A stretch of 50,908 bases of DNA from Gammaproteobacteria bacterium (GTDB lineage: Bacteria; Pseudomonadota; Gammaproteobacteria; Steroidobacterales; Steroidobacteraceae), in assembly GCA_030831085.1 (NCBI GenBank), contig JAURLT010000033.1:1-50908 (forward strand), in the 5' to 3' direction. Shown here piece by piece: positions 8,387 through 16,935 of the stretch. The stretch's first letter is position 1. Every line of letters starts with the position of its first letter. The notes beneath the pieces are model-generated. The model did not search any database. It saw nothing but the letters and a program-made list of their open reading frames with translations, and was not told the origin of the DNA. Both the position numbers and the translations under genes were made by a program.

Positions 8387-10008
8387 GCATCACGCCGGCG
8401 GTCCTGCTGGTGGGCCTCGCCCAGGGGCTTCTGTTGTGGTTCTTGCATCATGCTGTGGCGGGCGGCGTCTGGCCGGCTGCGGGCCCTGGCCTGTGGCCGA
8501 TCTTCTATCTGGTGGTGCTGCTGCTGCCCCCCACGCTGTTGCTCCTGTGGGAGCAGCGCACTCGTCGCACTCTTCAGTTCCTGCTCGGCGGCATGGCGCT
8601 GTTCCTGGCCTCCAGTGCGCGCGCCCTGCTCGGCGAATTGCCGGTGCCGGGCACCGGCCAGGAGCCTGATGAAGTGGTAGTGCTGGGCTATCTGCTGCCT
8701 CTGGCGGCGGCGTGGCTGCTGGCCGTGCCGCTTTGGCGGGCGTCCCTTGAGGGTGGGCGCTGGCCTCCGGCGTATGCCGAGCTGTTTCGTGTCGCCTCGC
8801 GCAGCTACCTGACGCTGCTTGAATCTGCTGCGGTGATCCTGCTGTTCTGGGGCCTGATCGGCCTCTGGAGCGCACTGTTCCTGACGTTGGGTATCGAGTT
8901 GTTCCGCGACCTGTTCACCCATCCGGGATTCGTCTACCCGGCCACTTGCGTAGTGTTTGCTGCGGCCGTCCGCCTGGTCGCCGGCAGCGACCGCCTGCTG
9001 GATGGCCTGCTCGATCAGTTGCTGGGCCTGCTCAAGTGGCTGGCTCCGCTGGCCCTGGTGATCCTGGTGGCCTTCGTGGCCGCACTGGTGCCGCGCCTGC
9101 CCGCGCTGTTGGCCAGTGGCGAGCGGGTGATGGACAGCCACTGGCTGCTGTGTCTGGTCGTAGCAATGGTGCTGCTGCTCAACGCCGCGTTTCGCGATGG
9201 CGAGTCAGGGCCAGGTTACGGCCGATGGCTGGCCCAGATACTGCGGCTGGCGCCGCCCCTGATGCTCGTTGTGGCCCTTACGGCGACGTATTCACTGATT
9301 GTGCGTAGCACCGCCTTCGGACTTACTCCGCCACGTTTCTGGGGGCTGGCCATCGCCGGCCTGGCCGTGTTGTCCTCGGTTGGGTACAGCTATGCGAGCT
9401 GGCGTCGCGGCCCCTGGATGGGCGAGTTGAGGCGGGTGAACCTGTGGCTGGTCCTGGTCGCTCTGGCGGTCCTGCTGCTCAGCCTGACGCCGGCTGGCGA
9501 CCCCCTGCGCTGGAGCATCGTCGATCAACGGGCCCGGGCGTTGGCTGCCCGAACGCCAGAGGCGCGTCAGGGTCCGCTGGAGTTTCTGCGTTTCGATGCA
9601 GGCGAGGGTGGGCGTCGGGTTATCGCCGAGCTGGCACGCGCCGCCATCCAGGGCGCCCCGGCTGCGCTGCAGGCAGAGGCGGTAGCCATGGCGAGCCTGC
9701 AGGGTCGTGGCGCCAGGCCCGCGCTTAGCCCCGAGGTTCTGCAGGCGGAGGTGGTCCGTTGGCGGGAGAAACTGCAACTCCTGCCGGGGGGCACCCCGGT
9801 CCCCGGGCGATTTTCTGCTTCCCTCGACCAAGCCCTGGCCAGCCTGGTGAGCCAGGCGGGGGCGGGGGAAAAGCTGCCTTCCCTGCTGCTGGTACTGGCC
9901 GACACGGACGGCGACGGTCTCGAGGATGGCTTGCTGATCGTTGGCCCCCGTTCCGAAGGGGCCGTCCAAACTACCCGTTACCTGCCGCTCGTCCCACGCG
10001 ATGATTGA
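8383..10008 (+). CDS. Large polytopic membrane protein of unknown function (about 10 TM plus a C-terminal soluble region; possibly DUF4153-type)
   Basis: 541 aa. The ATGA overlap with the previous gene indicates co-translation. It has many Leu/Ala-rich predicted TM helices and no catalytic motif I can name. Confidence 0.5.
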   Translation: MSITPAVLLVGLAQGLLLWFLHHAVAGGVWPAAGPGLWPIFYLVVLLLPPTLLLLWEQRTRRTLQFLLGGMALFLASSARALLGELPVPGTGQEPDEVVVLGYLLPLAAAWLLAVPLWRASLEGGRWPPAYAELFRVASRSYLTLLESAAVILLFWGLIGLWSALFLTLGIELFRDLFTHPGFVYPATCVVFAAAVRLVAGSDRLLDGLLDQLLGLLKWLAPLALVILVAFVAALVPRLPALLASGERVMDSHWLLCLVVAMVLLLNAAFRDGESGPGYGRWLAQILRLAPPLMLVVALTATYSLIVRSTAFGLTPPRFWGLAIAGLAVLSSVGYSYASWRRGPWMGELRRVNLWLVLVALAVLLLSLTPAGDPLRWSIVDQRARALAARTPEARQGPLEFLRFDAGEGGRRVIAELARAAIQGAPAALQAEAVAMASLQGRGARPALSPEVLQAEVVRWREKLQLLPGGTPVPGRFSASLDQALASLVSQAGAGEKLPSLLLVLADTDGDGLEDGLLIVGPRSEGAVQTTRYLPLVPRDD

Positions 10009-10294
10009 TCCGCTCGAGGCCTTGCTGGTCTCCACCGGGGGCGTGGCGCTGGCCGAGATCGGGGACAAGACCCAACTGCTGGCGCTGGCTCTGGCTGCCC
10101 GCTACGAGTCCCTGCTGGCGGTGGTGGCCGGTACGACTATGGGCATGATGCTCGCCAACATCCCCGCAGTCCTGCTGGGAGAGGTCGCGGCACGCCGTGT
10201 TCGCGCTCGTCTCATGAACAGAATCGCCGCAGCGTTGTTCCTGCTCCTCGGCGCACTCATGCTGGTGGGCGGGTCCAGCCTGGAGGTTCCATGA
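10001..10294 (+). CDS. UPF0016/GDT1 (TMEM165) family cation transporter, single-repeat form
   Basis: The in-frame ATG at 10001 (track 9941) gives MIDPLEALLVSTGGVALAEIGDKTQLLALALAA. The E-x-GDKT signature defines UPF0016. At about 97 aa this is a half-size protein that probably dimerises. It overlaps the next gene by ATGA. Confidence 0.55.
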   Translation: MIDPLEALLVSTGGVALAEIGDKTQLLALALAARYESLLAVVAGTTMGMMLANIPAVLLGEVAARRVRARLMNRIAAALFLLLGALMLVGGSSLEVP

Positions 10295-10866
10295 AGCCCA
10301 GACCGCTTATCGCGCCGTGCCCGGATGAAGTGCTTCCCCAGTCCATGCGTGAGGCGGTGGCCAGATCGCGAAAATTGCGTGGCGACGATACCTTCATCCG
10401 CGTGATGGGTCATGCGCCGGAAATGTACGAGTGGTACGGTGATTTTTACCGCCGGATTTTCCACGGCGGCCGTGTAGGGGCTGCTTACAAGGAGCTGCTC
10501 CGTTACAGGCTCTCGACGCTGCACGGCTGTGCCTTCTGTAACAAGGGCAACCGCGAGGATGCGCTGGCAGCGGGCCTCAGCCCCGATCAACTGCGCCACA
10601 TCGACGACCCCGGCGCCGATTGCTGGAGTGCCGCGCAGGCGGTGGTCATCAGGCTGGCGGGAGAAATGGCCCTGACCCGTCCATCCGGCTCTCTCTCCCC
10701 CACGCTGCACGCCGAGCTGTCCGAGCACTTCGACGAAGGCCAGATCCTGGAGCTGGGCATCACCATGGCCGTATTGACCGGCATGGCAAAGTTCCTGTTC
10801 GTCTTCGACCTCGTGGAGCGCGAGGATTATTGCGAGTTCGGGCCGGCGCCCCCTACCGTACCGTGA
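10291..10866 (+). CDS. Carboxymuconolactone decarboxylase (AhpD-like) family protein
   Basis: 191 aa. HGCAFCNKG is the AhpD/CMD CxxC active-site context. Confidence 0.65.
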   Translation: MKPRPLIAPCPDEVLPQSMREAVARSRKLRGDDTFIRVMGHAPEMYEWYGDFYRRIFHGGRVGAAYKELLRYRLSTLHGCAFCNKGNREDALAAGLSPDQLRHIDDPGADCWSAAQAVVIRLAGEMALTRPSGSLSPTLHAELSEHFDEGQILELGITMAVLTGMAKFLFVFDLVEREDYCEFGPAPPTVP

Positions 10867-11293
10867 TGTTGATGACCGGCGAAACCAGCGCCGGCTCATG
10901 GGGGATGTGGTTGCGGTCGGCCAAGACCAGTTGCAGGGTGTGGGATCCCGCGGGCAGGTCCAGGGTAGTTTCCGTCTGACCCTTGCCGAAATGGACGTGG
11001 TTGGCATCCATCGGAATGATGGCGCCAGCCGGCGGGGTGGGAGCATTGATGATCAGGTGGTGGTGGCCGGTCGCCGGGAAATCGATGCCGGCCGGGGCGA
11101 TGCCCATGCCCTGGAGGCCCATGACCACCCGCACGGGTCCAGAGATCACCGCCCCATCGGCGGGCTCCACGAAATACACGCTGGCGCCCGGTACGGAGGG
11201 GGTGACGGGCATGACGGCCGTTTGTTCTGCGCCCGAGGCCAAGGCCAGCAGGCTACCGAAAGACAGGCAGAGCGCGCGGATGGTGGGTGACAT
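10853..11293 (-). CDS. Secreted His-rich periplasmic protein (DUF4399-like), possible metal binding
   Basis: Signal peptide MSPTIRALCLSFGSLLALASGA. ATGHHHLIINAP and HVHFGKGQTE resemble DUF4399. 146 aa. Confidence 0.45.
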   Translation of the reverse strand: MSPTIRALCLSFGSLLALASGAEQTAVMPVTPSVPGASVYFVEPADGAVISGPVRVVMGLQGMGIAPAGIDFPATGHHHLIINAPTPPAGAIIPMDANHVHFGKGQTETTLDLPAGSHTLQLVLADRNHIPHEPALVSPVINITVR

Positions 11294-11404
11294 TTCAAGG
11301 CCTCCGGAGGGGAACTTGCGATTGGGCTACGAATCTACCCTTCGCACGCCGCAGCGGCAATCGCGCGGGCGGCCGGGGAGCTCGATGTGGCATCATTTTC
11401 CTCT

Positions 11405-11884
11405 ATGAAGCACTCGATCTCCCTGGGGCTGCTGCTGGCTATCCTCTGGTGGTGCCTGTCGGGCTATCCCAAGCCGCTGCTGCTGGGGCTCGGTGCCGCG
11501 AGCGTGGTGTTCACCCTCTGGTTCGCGCACCGACTGGACGTGGTCGATCACGAAAGCCACCCGGTGCATATCAGCGGTGCCTTGCTGGCCTACTGGGGTC
11601 GGCTGACGGTTGAGATCCTCCGCTCCAGCGCCCAGGTGATCGGCACGATCCTCTCGCCGAAGCCAGCCATCGCCCCCTATTTCCTCCGGGTCAAGGTCGG
11701 TCAGCCCAGTGACCTGGGTAAGGTCATCCTTGGCAACTCCATCACCCTGACCCCCGGGACCGTGACTGTCCTTGTCAATGGCGACGAACTGCTTGTGCAC
11801 GCCCTCTCGCCCGTGTCCGGCGAAGGCGTTTCGCAAGGGGACCTGGATCGGCTGATTCCCGCGGATTGCGAGCGGCAGGCTTGA
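11405..11884 (+). CDS. mrpE: Na+/H+ antiporter subunit E (MnhE/MrpE)
   Basis: The track starts at a GTG at 11387. The ATG at 11405 gives MKHSISLGLLLAILWWCLSG, about 159 aa. GTVTVLVNGDELLVHAL is typical of MnhE. Confidence 0.7.
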   Translation: MKHSISLGLLLAILWWCLSGYPKPLLLGLGAASVVFTLWFAHRLDVVDHESHPVHISGALLAYWGRLTVEILRSSAQVIGTILSPKPAIAPYFLRVKVGQPSDLGKVILGNSITLTPGTVTVLVNGDELLVHALSPVSGEGVSQGDLDRLIPADCERQA

Positions 11885-12150
11885 TGCTGTTTGTGATTGC
11901 AATCGCTGTCCTGGTGGCCATGGCGCTGGCGTTGTTGCGGGCCTTTTTGGGACCCACCGTGTTCGACCGCATCCTCGCCGTGAACAGTTTCGGGACTAAG
12001 ACCGTGCTCCTCATCGCGCTGCTGGCTGAAGCGTCCGGTCGGGGTGATTATCTGGACCTTGCCCTCCTGTATGCGCTGCTCAACTTCATCGGCACGGTGG
12101 CCCTGCTGCGCTACACGGAGCAGGAACCGCGTCGGCAGGGCCAGCCATGA
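11884..12150 (+). CDS. mrpF: Na+/H+ antiporter subunit F (MnhF/MrpF)
   Basis: The ATG at 11884 overlaps the mrpE stop (TGATG); the track uses a TTG at 11866. MLFVIAIAVLVAMALALLRAFLGPTVFDRILAVNSFGTKTVLLIALL fits MnhF. Confidence 0.7.
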   Translation: MLFVIAIAVLVAMALALLRAFLGPTVFDRILAVNSFGTKTVLLIALLAEASGRGDYLDLALLYALLNFIGTVALLRYTEQEPRRQGQP

Positions 12151-12458
12151 TGCTGGCCGATGTCATTTCCGCTGGCTTGCTGGGTGTTGGAGCCGCCATG
12201 CTGGTGATCGGCAGCCTCGGTATCAACCGGTTTCCGCATTTCTACTCCAGGCTGCACGCAGCGGGCGTGGTGGATACCATAGCGTCCGGCTTGTTCCTGG
12301 CCGGCCTGGCCGTTCATTTCGGACCTGGTCTCGTGACCATCAAGCTGCTGTTGATCTTCATATTCCTGTTGTTTACCAGTCCGACCGCTTGCCACGCGCT
12401 GGCCAGGGCCGCTTACTCCAGCGGCCTGCGCGAACCCGAGTCGGAGGATGAGCGGTGA
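12147..12458 (+). CDS. mrpG: Na+/H+ antiporter subunit G (MnhG/MrpG)
   Basis: 103 aa. Three TM helices fit MnhG. The start overlaps the mrpF stop (ATGA). Confidence 0.7.
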   Translation: MMLADVISAGLLGVGAAMLVIGSLGINRFPHFYSRLHAAGVVDTIASGLFLAGLAVHFGPGLVTIKLLLIFIFLLFTSPTACHALARAAYSSGLREPESEDER

Positions 12459-12994
12459 TAGAGGAACTGATCGACGTTCTGTTGCTCGTCGCACTCCTGC
12501 TGGTCGCCCTGCAGGTCATCGGCAGCCGGGGATTGTTGGCTGCGATCATGACCTTCGGCGCCTTCAGCCTGGTCTGCGCAGGGCTGTTTATTACCCTTGA
12601 TGCCGTGGATGTGGCCTTTACCGAGGCGGCGGTCGGTGCTGGCGTGGCGACGCTGCTGATGCTCGCCGCCCTGCGGCGCTGCGGAGGCGAACCCGAGGAG
12701 TCGCCGCGCGTGCACTGGGGTGGCCTGGTGACCGTCCTGGTGCTCGGTGGTCTGCTGGTCTGGGGTATCCGCGACCTGCCGCCGGTCGGCCTGGCCGACA
12801 ATCCGGCGCACGAGCACGTGGCGCCTCGCTATCTGGAGCAATCGGGCACGGAGATTGGCATTCCCAACGTGGTCACCAGCGTCCTGGCCAGTTACCGGGG
12901 CTTTGATACCCTCGGTGAGGTCGTGGTGATTTTCACCGCCGGTCTCGGTGTCTGGCTGCTCCTTTCGGGTCGTCGGCCGGAGGAAGAGGAATGA
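12455..12994 (+). CDS. MnhB-domain (DUF4040) membrane protein, the free-standing equivalent of the MrpA C-terminal domain (MbhD/E-like)
   Basis: GTG start overlapping the mrpG stop. 179 aa with about 5 TM helices. Its position between mrpG and mrpB mirrors the Mbh/Mbx-type order. Confidence 0.5.
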   Translation: MIEELIDVLLLVALLLVALQVIGSRGLLAAIMTFGAFSLVCAGLFITLDAVDVAFTEAAVGAGVATLLMLAALRRCGGEPEESPRVHWGGLVTVLVLGGLLVWGIRDLPPVGLADNPAHEHVAPRYLEQSGTEIGIPNVVTSVLASYRGFDTLGEVVVIFTAGLGVWLLLSGRRPEEEE

Positions 12995-13413
12995 GCGACG
13001 ACCTGATCCTGCGAGTCGTCAGCAAGTTCCTGATCCCGGTGATTGTGCTGTTCGGCCTGTATGTGCAGTTCCATGGGGAGTATGGGCCCGGAGGCGGATT
13101 CCAGGCGGGGGTCATTCTGGGCTCTGCCGTGATCCTCTACCTGCTGGTCTTTGGCGCAGACGCGGCGCACGCCGTCGTGCCCACGAGGTGGCTGCGCTGG
13201 CAGGCGGCAGCTGGTGTCTTGCTATATGCCGGCACCGGCGTGGCGACTGTGCTGCTCGGCGGCAATTTCCTCGATTACGACGTACTGGCGAACAGCCCTG
13301 TGGCCGGCCAGCACCTGGGCATTATCCTGATTGAGCTCGGCGTCATGTTGACCGTGTCCTCGACGATCGCGCTGCTGGCCATGCTGTTTGCCGAGAGTCC
13401 GGAGGAACCGTGA
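12991..13413 (+). CDS. mrpB: Na+/H+ antiporter subunit B (MnhB/MrpB)
   Basis: FHGEYGPGGGFQAGVILGSAVILY is the MnhB signature. 140 aa. ATGA overlap. Confidence 0.7.
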   Translation: MSDDLILRVVSKFLIPVIVLFGLYVQFHGEYGPGGGFQAGVILGSAVILYLLVFGADAAHAVVPTRWLRWQAAAGVLLYAGTGVATVLLGGNFLDYDVLANSPVAGQHLGIILIELGVMLTVSSTIALLAMLFAESPEEP

Positions 13414-13757
13414 TCGATCTGGGGCTCTACAACTACTGGATCGTGATCGCGCTGATGATGTCGGGGCTGTATGCACTGATCGCGCGTGGCAACCTCATCC
13501 GCAAGCTGATTGGCCTCAATATCTTCCAGGCTTCGGTGTTTCTGCTCTATATCAGCGTGGGCTTCGTGCGCGATGGCGCCGCCCCCATCCTCGCTCCCGA
13601 TGTCGAGAGTTACTCCAATCCCTTGCCCCACGTGCTGATCCTCACCGCCATCGTGGTGGGCGTGGCTACCACCGCGCTCGGTTTGGCGCTTGCGGTTCGC
13701 ATCCACGGCGCCTACGGCAGCATCGACGATGATGTGCTCGACCGGCAACGAGACTAG
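13410..13757 (+). CDS. mrpC: Na+/H+ antiporter subunit C (MnhC/MrpC, NuoK-like)
   Basis: 115 aa. LIGLNIFQASVFLLYISVGF is NuoK/MnhC-like. GTGA overlap. Confidence 0.7.
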   Translation: MIDLGLYNYWIVIALMMSGLYALIARGNLIRKLIGLNIFQASVFLLYISVGFVRDGAAPILAPDVESYSNPLPHVLILTAIVVGVATTALGLALAVRIHGAYGSIDDDVLDRQRD

Positions 13758-13760
13758 GCC

Positions 13761-15233
13761 GTGATCCTCTCTCATGCCCAGGTCCTGGTGGTTGCGCTGC
13801 CGTTGCTGGCGGTGCCCATCTGCGCCCTGCTGCCCGGGCGCCGTCTGCCGGGCGTCTTTGCGACTCTTGTGGCGTGGGCAGTTCTGGCCCTTGCGCTGCT
13901 GCTGATGCAGGAGGTCTCTGCGGCGGGTGTGCTGCGCTATCAGCTCGGCGGTTGGGCGCCGCCCTGGGGCATCGAGTACCGGCTCGACCGCCTGGCGGCC
14001 CTCGTGCAATTGCTGCTGGCGCTCATCGCGGCCGTCGTCTTGCCCTACGCCGCGCGTAGCCTGAGCGACGAAGTGGGAGAGAGGTCAGGCGGAGCTTTTG
14101 CCGCGCTGCTGCTGCTGCTGACGGGACTGCTGGGTATCGTCGCGACCGGTGACGCGTTCAATGTATTTGTGTTTCTGGAAATCTCGTCACTCGCCAGCTA
14201 CACGCTCATCGCGCTCGGTCGACGCCGGCGTGCGCTGGTGGCCTCGTTCCGCTACCTGATCCTCGGCACCGTGGGCGCCACCTTTTTCCTGATCGGACTG
14301 GGCCTGCTTTACGCCCTGACGGGCACCTTGAACATGGACGACCTGGCGGCCCGCATGCCACCGCTGGCCGGGAGTCCCGCTGCCACTACGGCATTGTTTT
14401 TCATCGTCGTCGGTCTGGGCCTCAAGGCAGCGATGTTTCCCTTGCATCAATGGTTGCCGGACGCCTACGCAGAGGCGCCGCCGGCGGTCAGTGCCTTCAT
14501 GGCAGCGACCTCCACCAAGGTGGCGCTCTATGCCCTCGCCAGATTCCTGTTCGGGGTCTTCGGTTTGCAGCAACTCACCGAAGTCCCGATGCTGCAGGAG
14601 GGGCTGCAGTGGCTGGCAGTGGCGGGCATGCTGGGCGGCTCAATCCTGGCGCTGCGCGCTGCGGATATCGGCCGCATTCTTGCCCTGTCGAGCGTTGCCC
14701 AGGTGGGTTACATCCTGCTGGGGTTTGCCTTGCTTAGTACGGCAGGCGTGGCTGCCGGGCTGGTGCATCTTTTTAATCATGCGCTGATGAAGGGCGCACT
14801 GTTCCTGGCCTTGGGTGCGATGATCCACCGCTGCGGCGGCGGTGAGCTTGCGCGTTTGGAGGGGGTAGGGCACCGCATGCCCTGGACCATGGCGGCCTTC
14901 ATGGTGGGTGCGCTGAGCCTGATCGGCGTTCCGCTCACGGCCGGCTTTGTGGGCAAGTGGTACCTGGTGTCGGCCGTGATCGACCAGAGTGCGTGGTGGC
15001 TGGTGGCTGCCATCCTGGTGTCGTCCATCCTCTCGGTCTTCTATTTGTGGCGGATCGTCGAGGTAGCCTACCGACGACCTGCTGTGATGCCGCCCCGCGC
15101 GGAGGCGCCGCTCATCCTGCTGCTGCCGACTATGCTGCTGGCGCTGGCTAATCTCCTGGTGGGCTTGAACTCCTCGCCCTTGGTCAGCTGGGCGGAGGCC
15201 GCGAGCCTCTCCCTGCTCGGAACGGGGTCATGA
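13761..15233 (+). CDS. MrpD/NuoN-like proton-pumping antiporter subunit (copy 1)
   Basis: 490 aa with about 14 TM helices. The LFNHALMKGALFLALGAMIH block is characteristic of complex-I antiporter-like subunits. Confidence 0.7.
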   Translation: MILSHAQVLVVALPLLAVPICALLPGRRLPGVFATLVAWAVLALALLLMQEVSAAGVLRYQLGGWAPPWGIEYRLDRLAALVQLLLALIAAVVLPYAARSLSDEVGERSGGAFAALLLLLTGLLGIVATGDAFNVFVFLEISSLASYTLIALGRRRRALVASFRYLILGTVGATFFLIGLGLLYALTGTLNMDDLAARMPPLAGSPAATTALFFIVVGLGLKAAMFPLHQWLPDAYAEAPPAVSAFMAATSTKVALYALARFLFGVFGLQQLTEVPMLQEGLQWLAVAGMLGGSILALRAADIGRILALSSVAQVGYILLGFALLSTAGVAAGLVHLFNHALMKGALFLALGAMIHRCGGGELARLEGVGHRMPWTMAAFMVGALSLIGVPLTAGFVGKWYLVSAVIDQSAWWLVAAILVSSILSVFYLWRIVEVAYRRPAVMPPRAEAPLILLLPTMLLALANLLVGLNSSPLVSWAEAASLSLLGTGS

Positions 15234-16690
15234 GCTCAATGGACTGGCTGGCCTGCCTGCTGTGGGTGCCGGCGCTGGGCGTGCTGGGTATCGTGGCGGC
15301 CCGGCGCCATGCCAATCTTCGCGAGTCGGTAACGCTCGTGACGGCCCTGGCGCTGTTTCTGTCCGTCATTCAACTCGCCGCCTCCGGCGAGTCCCCGCGC
15401 TGGGTGCTGGCCGAGCCCCTGCCCGGGCTAGAGCTGGTGCTGTCTCCGGAGCCTCTGGGTCTGATGTTCGGTCTCATCGCCAGCGGTCTGTGGATCGTTA
15501 CGTCAATCTATGCCTTCGGTTACATGCGGGCCAAGCATGAGTCGCACCAGACCCGCTTTTATGCCTGTTTTGCCCTCTCCATCGGGGCAGCCATGGGCAT
15601 CGCCATGTCGGCCAACCTGCTCACGCTGTTTGTCTTTTATGAAGTCCTGACGCTCTCCACCTATCCGCTGGTCGCTCATCACGGCGACGACAAGGCACGA
15701 GCCGGGGCGAGGACCTACCTGCGGATTCTGCTAGGTACGTCCATCGGCCTGCTCCTGCCAGCCATCATCTGGACGTATCACCTCGCCGCGGGGGGCGACT
15801 TTCAGCCTGGTGGAATCCTTGCGGGCCGCGTCGATGCGACTACAGCCGGGCTGCTGCTGGCGCTTTATGTTCTGGGTGTCGGCAAGGCAGCGGTCATGCC
15901 GGTACACCGTTGGCTGCCGGCGGCCATGGTGGCACCGACCCCGGTCTCTGCATTGTTGCACGCCGTGGCGGTGGTCAAGGCGGGCGTGTTTGTCATACTA
16001 AAAGTGGTGGTCTACGTCTTCGGGATGGAATTCCTGGCGGGCGTGCCATTCGAGCGTGCACTGCTCTGGCTGGCCGGTTTTACCGTCCTGGCGGCTTCGC
16101 TGGTGGCCCTCAGGCAGGATAACCTCAAGCGCTTGCTCGCTTATTCCACCATCGGCCAGTTGTCCTACGTGGTCATGGCTGCGCTCACCCTCGGTGCGAC
16201 CGCGGGCTTGGCCGCCGCCTTGCATATCGCAGCGCATGCGGTTGCGAAGATCACCCTGTTCTTCACGGCGGGAGCCATCTACGTGGCGTCCGGCAAGACC
16301 GAGGTGTCGCAGCTCGACGGCATCGGGCGGCGGATGCCGGTGACCATGACCGCCTTCGCCGTTGCCGCACTCAGCATGGTTGGCTTACCGCCGACCGTGG
16401 GCTTCATCTCCAAGTGGATGATCCTGCAGGGTGCGCTGGAGGCGGACCAGCTGTTTGTCGTCACGGTGCTGGTCATCTCCACGGGACTGAATGCGGCGTA
16501 CTTCATGCCCATTGTCCACCGCGCCTTCTTCCGCGAAGAGCAGTCGGTCCCGAAAAATCACGGTGAGGCTCCGCCGCCAATGGTGGCTGCGCTGGTCGTC
16601 ACCGCGCTGTTGACCCTCCTCGGTGCGCTGGCCGCAGACGCGTTGATTGCCATGCAGTCGCCAGTGATGTTGGCCGGGAGAGTGGAATGA
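15230..16690 (+). CDS. MrpD/NuoM-like proton-pumping antiporter subunit (copy 2)
   Basis: 486 aa. ATGA overlap. The LHIAAHAVAKITLFFTAGAIY block is present. Confidence 0.7.
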   Translation: MSSMDWLACLLWVPALGVLGIVAARRHANLRESVTLVTALALFLSVIQLAASGESPRWVLAEPLPGLELVLSPEPLGLMFGLIASGLWIVTSIYAFGYMRAKHESHQTRFYACFALSIGAAMGIAMSANLLTLFVFYEVLTLSTYPLVAHHGDDKARAGARTYLRILLGTSIGLLLPAIIWTYHLAAGGDFQPGGILAGRVDATTAGLLLALYVLGVGKAAVMPVHRWLPAAMVAPTPVSALLHAVAVVKAGVFVILKVVVYVFGMEFLAGVPFERALLWLAGFTVLAASLVALRQDNLKRLLAYSTIGQLSYVVMAALTLGATAGLAAALHIAAHAVAKITLFFTAGAIYVASGKTEVSQLDGIGRRMPVTMTAFAVAALSMVGLPPTVGFISKWMILQGALEADQLFVVTVLVISTGLNAAYFMPIVHRAFFREEQSVPKNHGEAPPPMVAALVVTALLTLLGALAADALIAMQSPVMLAGRVE

Positions 16691-16935
16691 AGCGATGGTT
16701 CGAGCGCCTTGAGGGCGAGCGGCTGCCCCGCCGCTTCTGGCTGATCCTGTGGGCGGCGCTGGGCCTGAGCCTGGCGGCCCAGCTGCTGGTGCACCTGCAC
16801 GGATATTTCGGCTTCGATGAGTGGTTCGGTTTCAACGCTGTCTGGGGGTTCCTGACCTGCGTGGTCATGGTGCTTGGGGCGAAGCTGCTGGGGGTTGCGC
16901 TTAAGCGGCCTGAGGATTACTACGACCATGACTGA
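16687..16935 (+). CDS. Small membrane protein (82 aa) embedded between antiporter subunits
   Basis: ATGA overlap upstream, and ATGACTGA overlap with the next gene. There is one clear TM segment (FWLILWAALGLSLAAQLLV) and a second hydrophobic stretch (VWGFLTCVVMVLGAKLLGV). Confidence 0.5.
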   Translation: MKRWFERLEGERLPRRFWLILWAALGLSLAAQLLVHLHGYFGFDEWFGFNAVWGFLTCVVMVLGAKLLGVALKRPEDYYDHD

